Positions 37,890 through 47,831 of a stretch of 52,328 nt of DNA are shown here, in pieces. Under the pieces are notes generated by a model. It made no database searches. It saw nothing but the letters and a program-made list of their open reading frames with translations, and was not told where the DNA came from. This DNA comes from a virus (taxonomy: Duplodnaviria > Caudoviricetes). The stretch spans positions 1 to 52,328 of the IMG/VR virus record IMGVR_UViG_3300025103_003050; one strand, written 5' to 3'. Position 1 is the first letter of the stretch. Each line of letters opens with the position of its first letter. Both the position numbers and the translations under genes were made by a program.

Positions 37890-37907
37890 AATTGATCTAG
37901 ATCAATT
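37890..37907. promoter_or_regulatory. Perfect 18-bp palindrome containing an FNR/CRP-family box
   Basis: AATTGATCTAGATCAATT contains TTGAT-N4-ATCAA. Confidence 0.6.
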
Positions 37908-39714
37908 ATGTAATAGTGATTGTCCCACTAACTGTAAAGGTAGCTACTTTATAACTTCCTGCAGGCGCAGGTAAAGTTGTTACTGAATTACATCCTGGAG
38001 CAACAGCTACACCAGCATCAGCCGGTGTTCTTATAATTACAACTCCATCACCCCCTTTACCTCCATTATCACTACTACTTGTGCCAGCTCCACCACCGCC
38101 ACCACCTTTACCATCAGTTCCAGCTCCACCAGTACCACTACCAGAATAACCTCCAGTTCCGCCAGGATTACCAGTACCACCTGTTGTTTGAGTAGGGCCT
38201 TCATTTCCACCACCGCCACCACCAGCATAAGCAACAGGAGAATTTGTTATTGAAGTCGTTGCACCTGCTCCACCAGGAGTGGCAATACTATCAGCTGCAT
38301 TAGCTCCTGCAACAGTGGCTCCTCCACCTCCACCACCTGCATCTATACCTGATGGACTTGAACCGGGTGCTGCATTACCACCATCTGTTCCTTGAGCTGG
38401 ACTTGTAGGAGGTGTATTACCACTTCCTCCAGCTGTATTAAATCTTGATCCACCTCCTCCTCCAGAACCTCCATCTTGGCCTGGATTAGGACTATCATGG
38501 CCACCACCGCCACCACCACCTGTGGATGTTATACCTTCAAATATTGAATCAGTTCCATTTTGTCCTCTTTTTGTAGTAGGAGGTTGAGGTCCTATTCCAC
38601 CAGCACCACCTGCTCCAACTGTGACTGTAAGTGCTCCACCATATGTGGGAATTGCTACTACACACGCCCCTAAAGGAGACGCTGTATAACTACCTGTGCT
38701 CGTTCCACTTGATTCTCTAAAACCACCGGCTCCGCCTCCGCCGCCACCTTCGTGTCCCGCACCGCCGCCACCACCAGCGACTACCATATAATCTATAAGG
38801 TAAGCAGGTAAAACCCATGTACCGCTTTTTCTTGCTTGAAATTGACTTTGCATTGACCACACACCACTTGCTTTGTTTAATTCTTTTACTATAACTCGTC
38901 CTGATCCGCCTGTTCCTGCTGCAGCATTAGCTGGACCACCGCCTGATCCTCCGCCTCCACCACCAGTATTTACAGTTCCATTCGTTCCTGCAGTTCCAGT
39001 TGCTCCACCACCAGGTCTATCACCACCAGCACCTCCACCACCAGGTCCACCAGTTCCTCCTGTTGTAGGTCCATTATCTTCGGCGCCACCGCCGCCTCCA
39101 CCAGCAAATGTACAAGATGATAAAGATGATGCAGAACTTCCTATTCCACCTGGGCCAGCTGCACCGGGAGTTCCAGGTGTTCCAGCTCCTGCAGTACCAA
39201 CACCACCAGCACCTCCACCACCGCTTTTAGGACCACAACCACCAGGGTTTCCTTGACAAGCTGTTCCAGAACCTCTACCCCAAGGGTAACATCCTGGATA
39301 ACTACCAGGGTCTCCTCCGCCACCACCAGATCCTCCATCTTTTACACAAGTGGGAGTAGCACAAAATACGCCACCTCCACCACCTATTGCAGTATAACCT
39401 CCAAAAGTAGTATCGTCTCCTTTAGCTCCATAACTTTGAGGACTTCCAGGATTAGCATTACCAGCACCAATTACTGCTGCATAAGCTGTTGAACCACAAA
39501 CTGGAATAGATGCAACGCATAAATAACCACCAGCTCCTCCACCACCTCCTCTATCATTAGCGCCAGAGCCACCAGCACCTATAAGTAAAGCTTGAACAAC
39601 TCTTGTTCCTGCTTGTGTAGTGATATCTCCTGAAGCTGTTTTAGTTGTAACTGTGCACTTCCCGAAAGAAGTTTTATTACTTTTACCGATTATACCGCCG
39701 TTATTATTAGGCAT
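37906..39714 (-). CDS. Glycine-rich tail fibre / virion protein
   Basis: Two GGGG-rich modules separated by SGVWSM...SGTW. Confidence 0.75.
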   Translation of the reverse strand: MPNNNGGIIGKSNKTSFGKCTVTTKTASGDITTQAGTRVVQALLIGAGGSGANDRGGGGGAGGYLCVASIPVCGSTAYAAVIGAGNANPGSPQSYGAKGDDTTFGGYTAIGGGGGVFCATPTCVKDGGSGGGGGDPGSYPGCYPWGRGSGTACQGNPGGCGPKSGGGGAGGVGTAGAGTPGTPGAAGPGGIGSSASSLSSCTFAGGGGGGAEDNGPTTGGTGGPGGGGAGGDRPGGGATGTAGTNGTVNTGGGGGGSGGGPANAAAGTGGSGRVIVKELNKASGVWSMQSQFQARKSGTWVLPAYLIDYMVVAGGGGGAGHEGGGGGGAGGFRESSGTSTGSYTASPLGACVVAIPTYGGALTVTVGAGGAGGIGPQPPTTKRGQNGTDSIFEGITSTGGGGGGGHDSPNPGQDGGSGGGGGSRFNTAGGSGNTPPTSPAQGTDGGNAAPGSSPSGIDAGGGGGGATVAGANAADSIATPGGAGATTSITNSPVAYAGGGGGGNEGPTQTTGGTGNPGGTGGYSGSGTGGAGTDGKGGGGGGAGTSSSDNGGKGGDGVVIIRTPADAGVAVAPGCNSVTTLPAPAGSYKVATFTVSGTITIT

Positions 39715-39727
39715 GCTTTAAGTCTCC

Positions 39728-40162
39728 TTATGCGGATACCCAAGCTAATGTTGAAGCATCCCAATTAAAATTATTTGGTGGATCTGCTTTATCAATAGCA
39801 GTCCATTGTTGACCTGCTTCATCCCAACTTATAAACTTATCTGTAGTATCAGATGGATATGTAACTGGTGCTTGCCAATCATCATTTTCATCTAATGCCC
39901 AAGATGCATAAGGTTGAGGTGAAATAAATTTATTTTTTGCAGCATCAAAAGTATAACCTTTTCCTGCATATTGTTTTCTAAAATTTGAATTATAAGAAGT
40001 TTGTTTCCAGCTTCCACCTTTAAAGAAATTTACACACCATGTTTCTCCATCTACATGCATGTCATTTTCACCTAAAGGACCTGCTGCTGTTGTAATATCA
40101 TTACCAATAACAACTACTCTTTTTACTATATTATTATCATCTAATTCTGCAAAATGTGCCAT
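39728..40162 (-). CDS. Tail-fibre-associated protein
   Basis: MAHFAELD...WKQTSYN..FRKQYAG...PQPYASW; lies between the two fibre genes; AAGGAG RBS. Confidence 0.65.
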   Translation of the reverse strand: MAHFAELDDNNIVKRVVVIGNDITTAAGPLGENDMHVDGETWCVNFFKGGSWKQTSYNSNFRKQYAGKGYTFDAAKNKFISPQPYASWALDENDDWQAPVTYPSDTTDKFISWDEAGQQWTAIDKADPPNNFNWDASTLAWVSA

Positions 40163-40220
40163 ATTTTTACTCCTTAAAAGTTATAATTTATATTTTTTTT
40201 TACTTTTGTACATATTTAAT

Positions 40221-42137
40221 TTATTTAAATCTATATCTAATTATTACTACTCCTGAACCTCCACTAGCACTACCAATAGGATAATCACCATTAGCTGGAC
40301 CACCTCCTCCACCGCCAGTATTAGTTGTTCCATCTTGTCCTTTTGTAGCTGAACAAGATCCTGGAGAATAAGTTGCAGAAGTTCCACCTCCACCTCCTAA
40401 ACCACCATTATTAGGATCTGGTGTAGTAACTTGACTTGAAGCTCCACCTCCACCAGCAAAATAATAATAACCACCTGAAGATTGACCTGATGTACCAAAA
40501 GCACTAGGAAATCCACCACCAGCACCTCCTGGTGCACCTGTTGCACTGCCAGGTGTTGCATTTGTACCAGCAGCCATCATACCACCACCTCCAGCACCAG
40601 AACTATCCGGTCCACTTCCTGGTCTATCACCACCAGCACTACCTTGAGCTGGACTAACTGGCGGAGTATTTCCTGCTCCACCTGGTTTACCTAATCCACC
40701 TCCAGATCCTCCACCACCAGATCCTCCAGAGTTTCCTGGATTACCACCACCAGTGTGATAACCTCCTGCTCCACCACCAGTTGCTGTTAATCCTAAAGCT
40801 GATGAATCGGTACCTCTTCTTGTTCCTGGATTTGGTTGCGGACCTGTTTGTCCAGCATCTCCACCACCAACTACAATTGAATAATCTTGAACAGTAACTG
40901 TTATTGCAGAAACACCAGCTGTTCTTGGAGCACTTGGTCCTCCATTTGAATAAGTTGTTGCAGAAGCTCTAACACCTCCACCTCCACCACCTCCGGGTGA
41001 GTTTCCATTTCCATTTCCACTTGATCCACCACCTGCTACAATTAAATAATCAACAGCTAAATCTGCTGCTGGTATTGCTGATCCTACTTGAGTAACATTA
41101 AATGGACCTGAAGCATTAAATGTATGAATTTTATAATCTCCATCTTCTGTTTCTGTACCGCCAGATGCGATAGTATATTTTGCATTTGTCCAATTATCAC
41201 TTTTTACAAAATCATATACTGTATTTAATTTCCACATACCTGGTGCTTTATTACCACCTGCTTCTTGACATTTTTCTACAACTAAAACTACTCCGGAACC
41301 ACCAGTTCCACCATTAGCATTTCCTTGTCCAGCTCCAGCTCCACCACCAGTATTTGTATCACCATCATTACTTTCAGGCGCTGGTCTGCCATCAGGAGAA
41401 TACCAACATGATCCACCACCACCAGCATTAGCATCGCCACCTGGTCTACCCGCACCACCACCTGCATAAATTCCACAGTTAGGGACAGTATAAGGAGTAG
41501 CTGCACATGCAAAATAAGGTGTAATATCTGAACCAGCTCCACCTTGAATACCACAAGTTGGTGCAGATGGAACTACTGCTGTTTGTCCTACGGCACATTT
41601 TCCACCGCCTCCTCCAGCACCTCCAATACCTGGTAATCCTGCAGGTCCACCATTATTTCCTTGTCCCGGTGTTCCTGAACCACCACATCCTCCGGTTGGT
41701 GTAGCTGGATTCCATTCCATTCCTCCACCACCAGATCCTCCTGGTCCACCTACTCTATTATTTGCATAACCTCCACGTCCACCACCTGTTGTAGATAAAG
41801 GAGTTGCAGAACCAAAAGTTGAAGCTCCACCTTGACCAGATGCTCCACCTGGCCATGCTCCAGGACTTCCACCTGCACCTATTGTAACTGGAACTGTGCT
41901 TGCAGGTAAAGGATGACAAGTAGTAATAGTCATACCTCCCGCACCACCTGCTCCACCAGCATCAGCACCTGATCCTCCACCACCGGAAACAACTACTACA
42001 GTTGCTAAACCTGGCGATGCAGGATTAGTTGTAGCTTTGTTAAAACATCCTGAGGCTGTGATAGCTGTAACTTTATCTTTATTGTAATCTACTGAAACAG
42101 TATTCGTTGGTCCAATTATTCCGCCATTGCCAGCCAT
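40221..42137 (-). CDS. Glycine-rich tail fibre / virion protein
   Basis: Two Gly-rich modules, YKIHTF, ends GGSGVVIIRYRF. Confidence 0.75.
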   Translation of the reverse strand: MAGNGGIIGPTNTVSVDYNKDKVTAITASGCFNKATTNPASPGLATVVVVSGGGGSGADAGGAGGAGGMTITTCHPLPASTVPVTIGAGGSPGAWPGGASGQGGASTFGSATPLSTTGGGRGGYANNRVGGPGGSGGGGMEWNPATPTGGCGGSGTPGQGNNGGPAGLPGIGGAGGGGGKCAVGQTAVVPSAPTCGIQGGAGSDITPYFACAATPYTVPNCGIYAGGGAGRPGGDANAGGGGSCWYSPDGRPAPESNDGDTNTGGGAGAGQGNANGGTGGSGVVLVVEKCQEAGGNKAPGMWKLNTVYDFVKSDNWTNAKYTIASGGTETEDGDYKIHTFNASGPFNVTQVGSAIPAADLAVDYLIVAGGGSSGNGNGNSPGGGGGGGVRASATTYSNGGPSAPRTAGVSAITVTVQDYSIVVGGGDAGQTGPQPNPGTRRGTDSSALGLTATGGGAGGYHTGGGNPGNSGGSGGGGSGGGLGKPGGAGNTPPVSPAQGSAGGDRPGSGPDSSGAGGGGMMAAGTNATPGSATGAPGGAGGGFPSAFGTSGQSSGGYYYFAGGGGASSQVTTPDPNNGGLGGGGGTSATYSPGSCSATKGQDGTTNTGGGGGGPANGDYPIGSASGGSGVVIIRYRFK

Positions 42138-42149
42138 AATTTAAACCTC

Positions 42150-42506
42150 CTAATCTGCTATTACTTCATACGAAATCAAACATTCAAGATCACTATTTGC
42201 AGAAGCTAGTCCTGAAATTTTTTCATTTTCTTCTAAATAAAATCCGTTATTTTTATCTATTAAAGAAAGAGAAGCATCTGCAGGTACAGAAATTGTACTT
42301 GCTATTGATCTTGTAGCTGATCCATCAAAATATTTTATTGTAACATCTGCAGCATTAGTACCATCTATATTTGATATTAAAATTGAATTAATTTTAAAAA
42401 CAGTATTTGCTGTTGCAGTAACTAAATTAGCACTTGAAGTAGTCAATGCAAAAGTATCTGTTTTTCCATTAATAGTTGCTACATTAACTATATTAGGGTT
42501 TGCCAT
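42150..42506 (-). CDS. Virion structural protein
   Basis: Beta-rich 118 aa in the tail module. Confidence 0.65.
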   Translation of the reverse strand: MANPNIVNVATINGKTDTFALTTSSANLVTATANTVFKINSILISNIDGTNAADVTIKYFDGSATRSIASTISVPADASLSLIDKNNGFYLEENEKISGLASANSDLECLISYEVIAD

Positions 42507-42521
42507 ATTTTTTTTCTCCTA

Positions 42522-43136
42522 TTATCCAAATACTATCGCCATTGCAATAGCTTTTCCTGTTGTTATTCCAGCTGTAGAAAAAGATAGATTTTTACTTCCA
42601 TCAGTTACTAAAGCTTGTCCACTACTACCATCAGAAGCTGGTAAAGTAAAGTAATTTGATGATCCTGCGTTACCTATTCCAGTAACATTAATATCACCTA
42701 AATCTGCCATTACATCATTTACTGTAGACCCTGTGGTATATACTAAAGTTTTTGCTCCTTGTTTAAGAGCAACTCCATTCGCAGCATGTCCTGTATTTGC
42801 AAAAGTTAAAGTATATGAACCTGATGTATTATTAAATAAAGTATATTTAGATTCAACAGCATCTGTAAAAACATGAATATTAGCTGTTAAAGCACCTGTA
42901 AATTCTAATATAGCATTATGGACTTGATCATCTGTAGAAGAATCATCTGTGTTGGTTGTTGAATTAGCTGAAGTTAAAGTAACATTTGCATTTCCTGCAA
43001 CATTGGCTGCTTGATAACCTTTTACTGAACAGTCAACTCTATTGAAAACATAGTTAACAAGGTTACCCCAATTTCCTGAATTTTCACCTGAGGCTTGACG
43101 TTCTAATTTTAAACGAGCTGTATAAGTTGAAGACAT
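42522..43136 (-). CDS. Tail fibre proximal / structural protein
   Basis: GENSGNWG, TLPASDGSSGQALVTDGS, KAIAMAIVFG terminus. Confidence 0.65.
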   Translation of the reverse strand: MSSTYTARLKLERQASGENSGNWGNLVNYVFNRVDCSVKGYQAANVAGNANVTLTSANSTTNTDDSSTDDQVHNAILEFTGALTANIHVFTDAVESKYTLFNNTSGSYTLTFANTGHAANGVALKQGAKTLVYTTGSTVNDVMADLGDINVTGIGNAGSSNYFTLPASDGSSGQALVTDGSKNLSFSTAGITTGKAIAMAIVFG

Positions 43137-43141
43137 AGTTA

Positions 43142-43170
43142 TTTATACCTTATTAATTTATTTTTGTAAA
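43142..43170 (-). promoter_or_regulatory. Sigma70-like promoter, leaderless geometry
   Basis: TTTACA-N17-TATAAA ending 5 nt before the ATG at 43136. Confidence 0.5.
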
Positions 43171-43197
43171 TAATATATATTTGTAGTCATTTGTACA

Positions 43198-43962
43198 CTA
43201 AATAGTAGTCCAAGTATAAGTATTTCCATCAGAAATATCATCCCAAAATCTTAAATCTACAGGAGTAACATTAGCTTGTATTCCAGTCATTTGTAAGAAA
43301 TTATTAGAATCAGGAATTATAGTAGCTAAAGAAATAGTCATACTTTGACCAGTTATACTTAAAATTTGTTCTCCTTTAAATATAAAAGATCCAGCATTAG
43401 CATTAGCATGAATTCCAGTAATAGGAATATAATTTTCAGTATCAGTAGTAATACTACTTACATAAGAAGTTATTTCTTCACCTGTTATATCAATAATATT
43501 AGCTGATCCTGTAGTAATATTACCTAAATCTACTTCTAAATCAAAACCAGGTGTTACAATAGTAATAGCTCCACCTGCTGCAATTGAATAAGTTCCTATA
43601 AAAGTATTTGCTAATAAACCAGTAATAGAATTAATAGTTGCTCCGGTAGTTACTACACTTCCTAAATTTGCATTAGCATTAATTCCAGTTATAGAAGTTT
43701 GTGCTGAAGCTTGAGCAATTGAAAAATTTAAAGCTGTATTGGCTTGTTGACCAGTTGTAGAAAAAATAACACCATTACCAGTAAATACTAATCCTATATT
43801 AGTATTCCACGCACCTTCGCTCCATGATTCTCTACCCCAACCAAATCCAAAATTAACTGATGGTAAAATTTGTTGACCAGTTATTGCAGCTGCAACATCG
43901 GGTGATGTATTCCATGCACCTACATTCCAACCAAGTCTACCATATCCAACAACTGCACTCAT
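43198..43962 (-). CDS. Virion structural protein with ITG repeats
   Basis: GWGR..W..GAWN motifs and recurring ITG. Confidence 0.65.
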   Translation of the reverse strand: MSAVVGYGRLGWNVGAWNTSPDVAAAITGQQILPSVNFGFGWGRESWSEGAWNTNIGLVFTGNGVIFSTTGQQANTALNFSIAQASAQTSITGINANANLGSVVTTGATINSITGLLANTFIGTYSIAAGGAITIVTPGFDLEVDLGNITTGSANIIDITGEEITSYVSSITTDTENYIPITGIHANANAGSFIFKGEQILSITGQSMTISLATIIPDSNNFLQMTGIQANVTPVDLRFWDDISDGNTYTWTTI

Positions 43963-43975
43963 AAGGAGTTTCTCC

Positions 43976-44401
43976 TTATGCTATTCTAATTAAGCCAGCA
44001 GTCGAGTTAGCAGTAGGAAACTGTAATTCAAAAGTTCCGTTTGTAGAAGTTTTAACTCCTCCAAAATCTAAAACTGCAATTGCAGAGTTACTGTTATTTG
44101 CATTGTATAAAAGTGCAGCTTGAGCAGAAATAGTTGCGTTAGCGAATGTAACATTATCAGCATCAAAAATTGCAGTTGTTCCATCTACAGAAATTGCAAC
44201 ATTAGTTAAAGCATTTCCACCTGTAGTATAATTAGTACCAGATGAAGATACTTCGTTTGCAGTATCGTATACAGTTGTGTTAGCTGCTAAAGAAGCTGTG
44301 TTATCATACAAAGCACACTTTAAAGTTTGTGCTGCAAGGTTTCCACCAGGCGACATTAAGTCTTGTTTGAATACAGTGCAAATTGCTTGTGTTATTGCCA
44401 T
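43976..44401 (-). CDS. Virion structural protein
   Basis: LKCALY, YTTGG..L, VLDFGG; structural module. Confidence 0.65.
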   Translation of the reverse strand: MAITQAICTVFKQDLMSPGGNLAAQTLKCALYDNTASLAANTTVYDTANEVSSSGTNYTTGGNALTNVAISVDGTTAIFDADNVTFANATISAQAALLYNANNSNSAIAVLDFGGVKTSTNGTFELQFPTANSTAGLIRIA

Positions 44402-44403
44402 AT

Positions 44404-45063
44404 TTATTGTCCTCCAGTTAATGTATTTGTACCTAGTGGGCTACCAGGAAACTTATAGTCTGTTCTTCTTCTTCTACGAGCTTCATTATTTATAGTAGCT
44501 ACTTGTTCTTTATACAAATTTTTGTATATAGTATAGTCTTCCATGTTCTTTGTAAAGAGATTTGCTTCAGCTAAACAAGCATAAGTTAATGTACTTGGAA
44601 TATTTTCTGTATACCAATTTGTAGTATTAGTATTAGATAAAGGATTAATTTTACCTTGATATCCTAATTTCATTGTATATGCTTGATCTGGAGTAGGAGC
44701 TAAATAAACTCTATTATCATCAAAATTAGCAAAATATTTAGGTTGACCTTGAATTGATATATCTGGCCAATATTCTTGACAAAAAGCTAATGTTTTCATT
44801 TCTAAATAACTTACATTAGAACCTACTGTAATAGTTAAATAATTAAATAACATTGGTTCAATAGCAGTAGGAAGATTTACAAATCTATCTCCAGCAATTG
44901 AAGTAGTAGTTACATTTTCATTAAATCCAATAGGATCTATATCCCTAGATAAACTTTCAAAAGCATTTTGAATAAAATTTTCTATTTGTGCAGTAAAATC
45001 AGTTCCTGTATTTTCAGCCCAAACTTTAATATCATTTTGGAGACTGCTGTATGTCATTGCCAT
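44404..45063 (-). CDS. Head-tail adaptor-like protein
   Basis: GQPKYFA...LAPTPD..Y adaptor-like pattern. Confidence 0.6.
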   Translation of the reverse strand: MAMTYSSLQNDIKVWAENTGTDFTAQIENFIQNAFESLSRDIDPIGFNENVTTTSIAGDRFVNLPTAIEPMLFNYLTITVGSNVSYLEMKTLAFCQEYWPDISIQGQPKYFANFDDNRVYLAPTPDQAYTMKLGYQGKINPLSNTNTTNWYTENIPSTLTYACLAEANLFTKNMEDYTIYKNLYKEQVATINNEARRRRRTDYKFPGSPLGTNTLTGGQ

Positions 45064-45844
45064 CTTTAATTACCTCATTAACTTTAAATTTAGTCCATAC
45101 ATGTCCAGCAAATGGATAAGTTCCATAATGCGTTAAAGGACTTTGAAGATCAGCATATATCTTACCGCCTATTTTTTGCCATAATCTACAAAAAGCATAA
45201 TCTTCACTTAAATATCTATTACTTTTTTCATCAATAATACAGTCAAAAAATGCAAAGCAATTTTTACTTGAATATCTATCATTATTTATAATTTGATCAC
45301 TCGTATATTTAAGATTAGGATAAGCTTCTTTCATTTTATCAAAAACCTCTTTTTTTATACACATAAATCCGGTTGCTGCATCTAAAACTTGAGTAAATCC
45401 TTTTTCTACTTTAATATTGTTAGGATCAGCAAAATTTAAATTATAACCTAATGCTTTTTGTTCTAAATTTTTTGGATCTTCTTTTACAAAATCAGGAATT
45501 CCTTTCCAATCAATTGATTTTCTAGGATATATACCACAAGCAATATCATAATCTGATTGTAGTAATCTAGTTACAGCTTCTCCAGTAAATCCTATATCTG
45601 CATCAATAAACATTAAATGAGTAAAAGATTTTTCGTCTTTTTCACAATAATCTAAAAATTGACTTACTAATGTATTTCTAGCTCTTGTAACTAAACTTTC
45701 ATTTCCCATTGTATTTAAATGAACTTTAAATTTATTTTTAGCTGCAAATTGAGTTAGACTTAAAATACCGTGTAAATATCCTTCAGATAAAAGACCACCA
45801 TAACAAGGTGTTGCGACCATAACACCTAATTTTTTATCACTCAT
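45032..45844 (-). CDS. GT-A fold glycosyltransferase
   Basis: VATPCYGG, SLVTRARN, FIDADI (DxD), ATGFM, LSEDYAFC. Confidence 0.8.
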   Translation of the reverse strand: MSDKKLGVMVATPCYGGLLSEGYLHGILSLTQFAAKNKFKVHLNTMGNESLVTRARNTLVSQFLDYCEKDEKSFTHLMFIDADIGFTGEAVTRLLQSDYDIACGIYPRKSIDWKGIPDFVKEDPKNLEQKALGYNLNFADPNNIKVEKGFTQVLDAATGFMCIKKEVFDKMKEAYPNLKYTSDQIINNDRYSSKNCFAFFDCIIDEKSNRYLSEDYAFCRLWQKIGGKIYADLQSPLTHYGTYPFAGHVWTKFKVNEVIKDGNDIQQSPK

Positions 45845-46293
45845 AATATTACAACTGTAACATTTCCGAGCGCAGTTTGTAACAAATTTGTGTCAGTAGT
45901 ATACCAAGTTTCTGGTAAAGTAGCAACTCCTACATATAAAGGTTGACCTGATGTATTTTCAAAACCAGGTAAAGCTGTTACTTGATTAGGAACTCCACCA
46001 GTAGATGATCCAGCAATTCCTCCACCAGTTCTTGCTGCTTTAGTAGCAGAAACATTAGCTTGAAGTCTTGCATTTTCTAAACTTTGAGCATCAGTAAAAT
46101 AAGTTAAATCTAATTGAGGCTGTTTAGGTTCCCATTCTGAAGTATGAACTAACATACCTGTCCATTCAAATACCATTTCTTGATAAGGAAATCTTAATCC
46201 TGATCTATCCGAAATAGCATAAGCATATTTTCCACCTGCAAATTTATTTGAAGGGGCTCTATGTGGTCTTGTAGTAGCTGGTATTTTTGGCAT
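45841..46293 (-). CDS. Hypothetical structural-module protein
   Basis: AISDRSGLRFPY.EM..EW.G..V...EWEPKQPQL. Confidence 0.65.
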   Translation of the reverse strand: MPKIPATTRPHRAPSNKFAGGKYAYAISDRSGLRFPYQEMVFEWTGMLVHTSEWEPKQPQLDLTYFTDAQSLENARLQANVSATKAARTGGGIAGSSTGGVPNQVTALPGFENTSGQPLYVGVATLPETWYTTDTNLLQTALGNVTVVIL

Positions 46294-46982
46294 TAATTAT
46301 AAAACCTATTAGCTGTAGCTGGTAAAATTCTAGTAGAAGGAGTATCATCTCCTGCTATTAATCTTTCAAAAGCTTGTTCATAATCTATTCTTAATGTTTC
46401 TTGAGTTGCAGCAGGTATACCAGGTCTTTTTTTAGAAAGATAATAAGCTAGTCCTGCGCACATACATTCAAAAGCTCTAAAAGGTACATCAATATTTTGT
46501 TCTACTCCACTTACTGTTGAAGCAGTTATATCTTCAATTCTTCTCATTCGATAATATGTAATAGTATAAGATTGATCAGGTGCTGGATAAATTTTAAGAA
46601 TAGGAGAAATTAATCTTTGTAAATAATATTGTGTAGGTCTAGATTGAGTGGTTTTATTTGAAATAACAGCATAATCATTAAGACCTAAACGTGTCATTGC
46701 ATATTCAGATCCATCTGCTATTTTAATATTAGCATTTATAATATCTACAGTATCACTATCTAATGTATAGTCTGTAGTACCTTGAGTTACAGCTTGAGTT
46801 TTATATTCAACAGTCCATTGATTATAACCTCGATTAGCCCAATCACTAAACATAATATTTAAACTACGTCTAGCTGATCGTACATCATAACCTAAAATAG
46901 GATCTCCTCCTAATCTATCATAGGCTTCTTGTATTACATCATTTACTGTTAAAGTAAAAGTTGAACTTCCTGATAATGCCAT
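46293..46982 (-). CDS. Tail tubular protein A / adaptor-like protein
   Basis: ARRSLN...WANRG, RPTQYY, YPAPD, AGLAYYLS. Confidence 0.65.
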   Translation of the reverse strand: MALSGSSTFTLTVNDVIQEAYDRLGGDPILGYDVRSARRSLNIMFSDWANRGYNQWTVEYKTQAVTQGTTDYTLDSDTVDIINANIKIADGSEYAMTRLGLNDYAVISNKTTQSRPTQYYLQRLISPILKIYPAPDQSYTITYYRMRRIEDITASTVSGVEQNIDVPFRAFECMCAGLAYYLSKKRPGIPAATQETLRIDYEQAFERLIAGDDTPSTRILPATANRFYN

Positions 46983-46991
46983 ATTCCTCCA

Positions 46992-47294
46992 TTATGCATA
47001 AAATACTGTTACTGATATAGCACCATTAACTGAAGCTTTAGCTTGTAAACTTGTTCCAAATTTTATACCTTCTGCTGGAAGATTTAATTGAACAGTTGAA
47101 GCACCCGCACTTACATTTCCTGTAGTTACTTCAAATACATCAGTTCCACCATCTATAAAAGTAAGAGTTCCAGTAGTAACATTAGGTTCAATTATAAAAC
47201 CTTTAAGTCTAATGGGACCAGCAAATAAAGTTGCTGTAGCATTATTAATAGTAGCTCCACTTGCTGAATTTGCAAATATATCTGATCCTGCCAT
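46992..47294 (-). CDS. Small virion structural protein
   Basis: GGAGG RBS; beta-rich. Confidence 0.6.
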   Translation of the reverse strand: MAGSDIFANSASGATINNATATLFAGPIRLKGFIIEPNVTTGTLTFIDGGTDVFEVTTGNVSAGASTVQLNLPAEGIKFGTSLQAKASVNGAISVTVFYA

Positions 47295-47302
47295 TTTTTC
47301 TC

Positions 47303-47788
47303 CTATATTAAATTATATTTTTTTAAGTTATCATATAATAGAGCAATTCTGTCATCATGAACAGTACTTGGTTTTAAGTATTCTGCTTGATAAGCTTTAG
47401 CTTGAACATTTCCTAAATCTAATGGTATTTGATTTAAATTTACACTTGGAGCTTGTCCAATACCTTCACTATCTATTACTGTTGATCCTCCACTAAATGT
47501 GTCTATTACTTTTTCTATATTTTCTAATTTTTCTTCTAATGATTCTTCGGTATCTTTTTCTTTTTCTTTATCTTTGGTAGTAATAATTCCTTCATCTTTT
47601 TGATAAATTTCTTCAGCTTTTTTAGCATCACCGCCTTCTAATACTGTTGTAGATATATCAGTTTCTTCATCATCATCTTTTAATTCAGTTACTTTTTTAT
47701 CTTTAACTTTAATTAATTGATCATCTTCTTTACCAATATTTTTAAAAGCATTTCCAGTTTTATATAAAAAATCTAAATTTAATTCCAT
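47303..47788 (-). CDS. Acidic low-complexity hypothetical protein
   Basis: GGAG RBS; rich in D/E/K. Confidence 0.65.
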   Translation of the reverse strand: MELNLDFLYKTGNAFKNIGKEDDQLIKVKDKKVTELKDDDEETDISTTVLEGGDAKKAEEIYQKDEGIITTKDKEKEKDTEESLEEKLENIEKVIDTFSGGSTVIDSEGIGQAPSVNLNQIPLDLGNVQAKAYQAEYLKPSTVHDDRIALLYDNLKKYNLI

Positions 47789-47796
47789 AATTCTCC

Positions 47797-47822
47797 AATA
47801 AAAGGAGGCCCGAAGGCCCCCT
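47797..47822 (-). terminator. Rho-independent terminator
   Basis: GGGGGCC-UUCG-GGCCUCC followed by UUUUAUU. Confidence 0.85.
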
Positions 47823-47831
47823 AAATTATTA

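Noticed and set aside
38037-41554. Alternative-frame and antisense ORFs in the Gly-rich genes (e.g. Pro-rich 38873-39256 on +)
   Set aside because: Shadows of GGN/GCN codon runs; no RBS or independent motifs.
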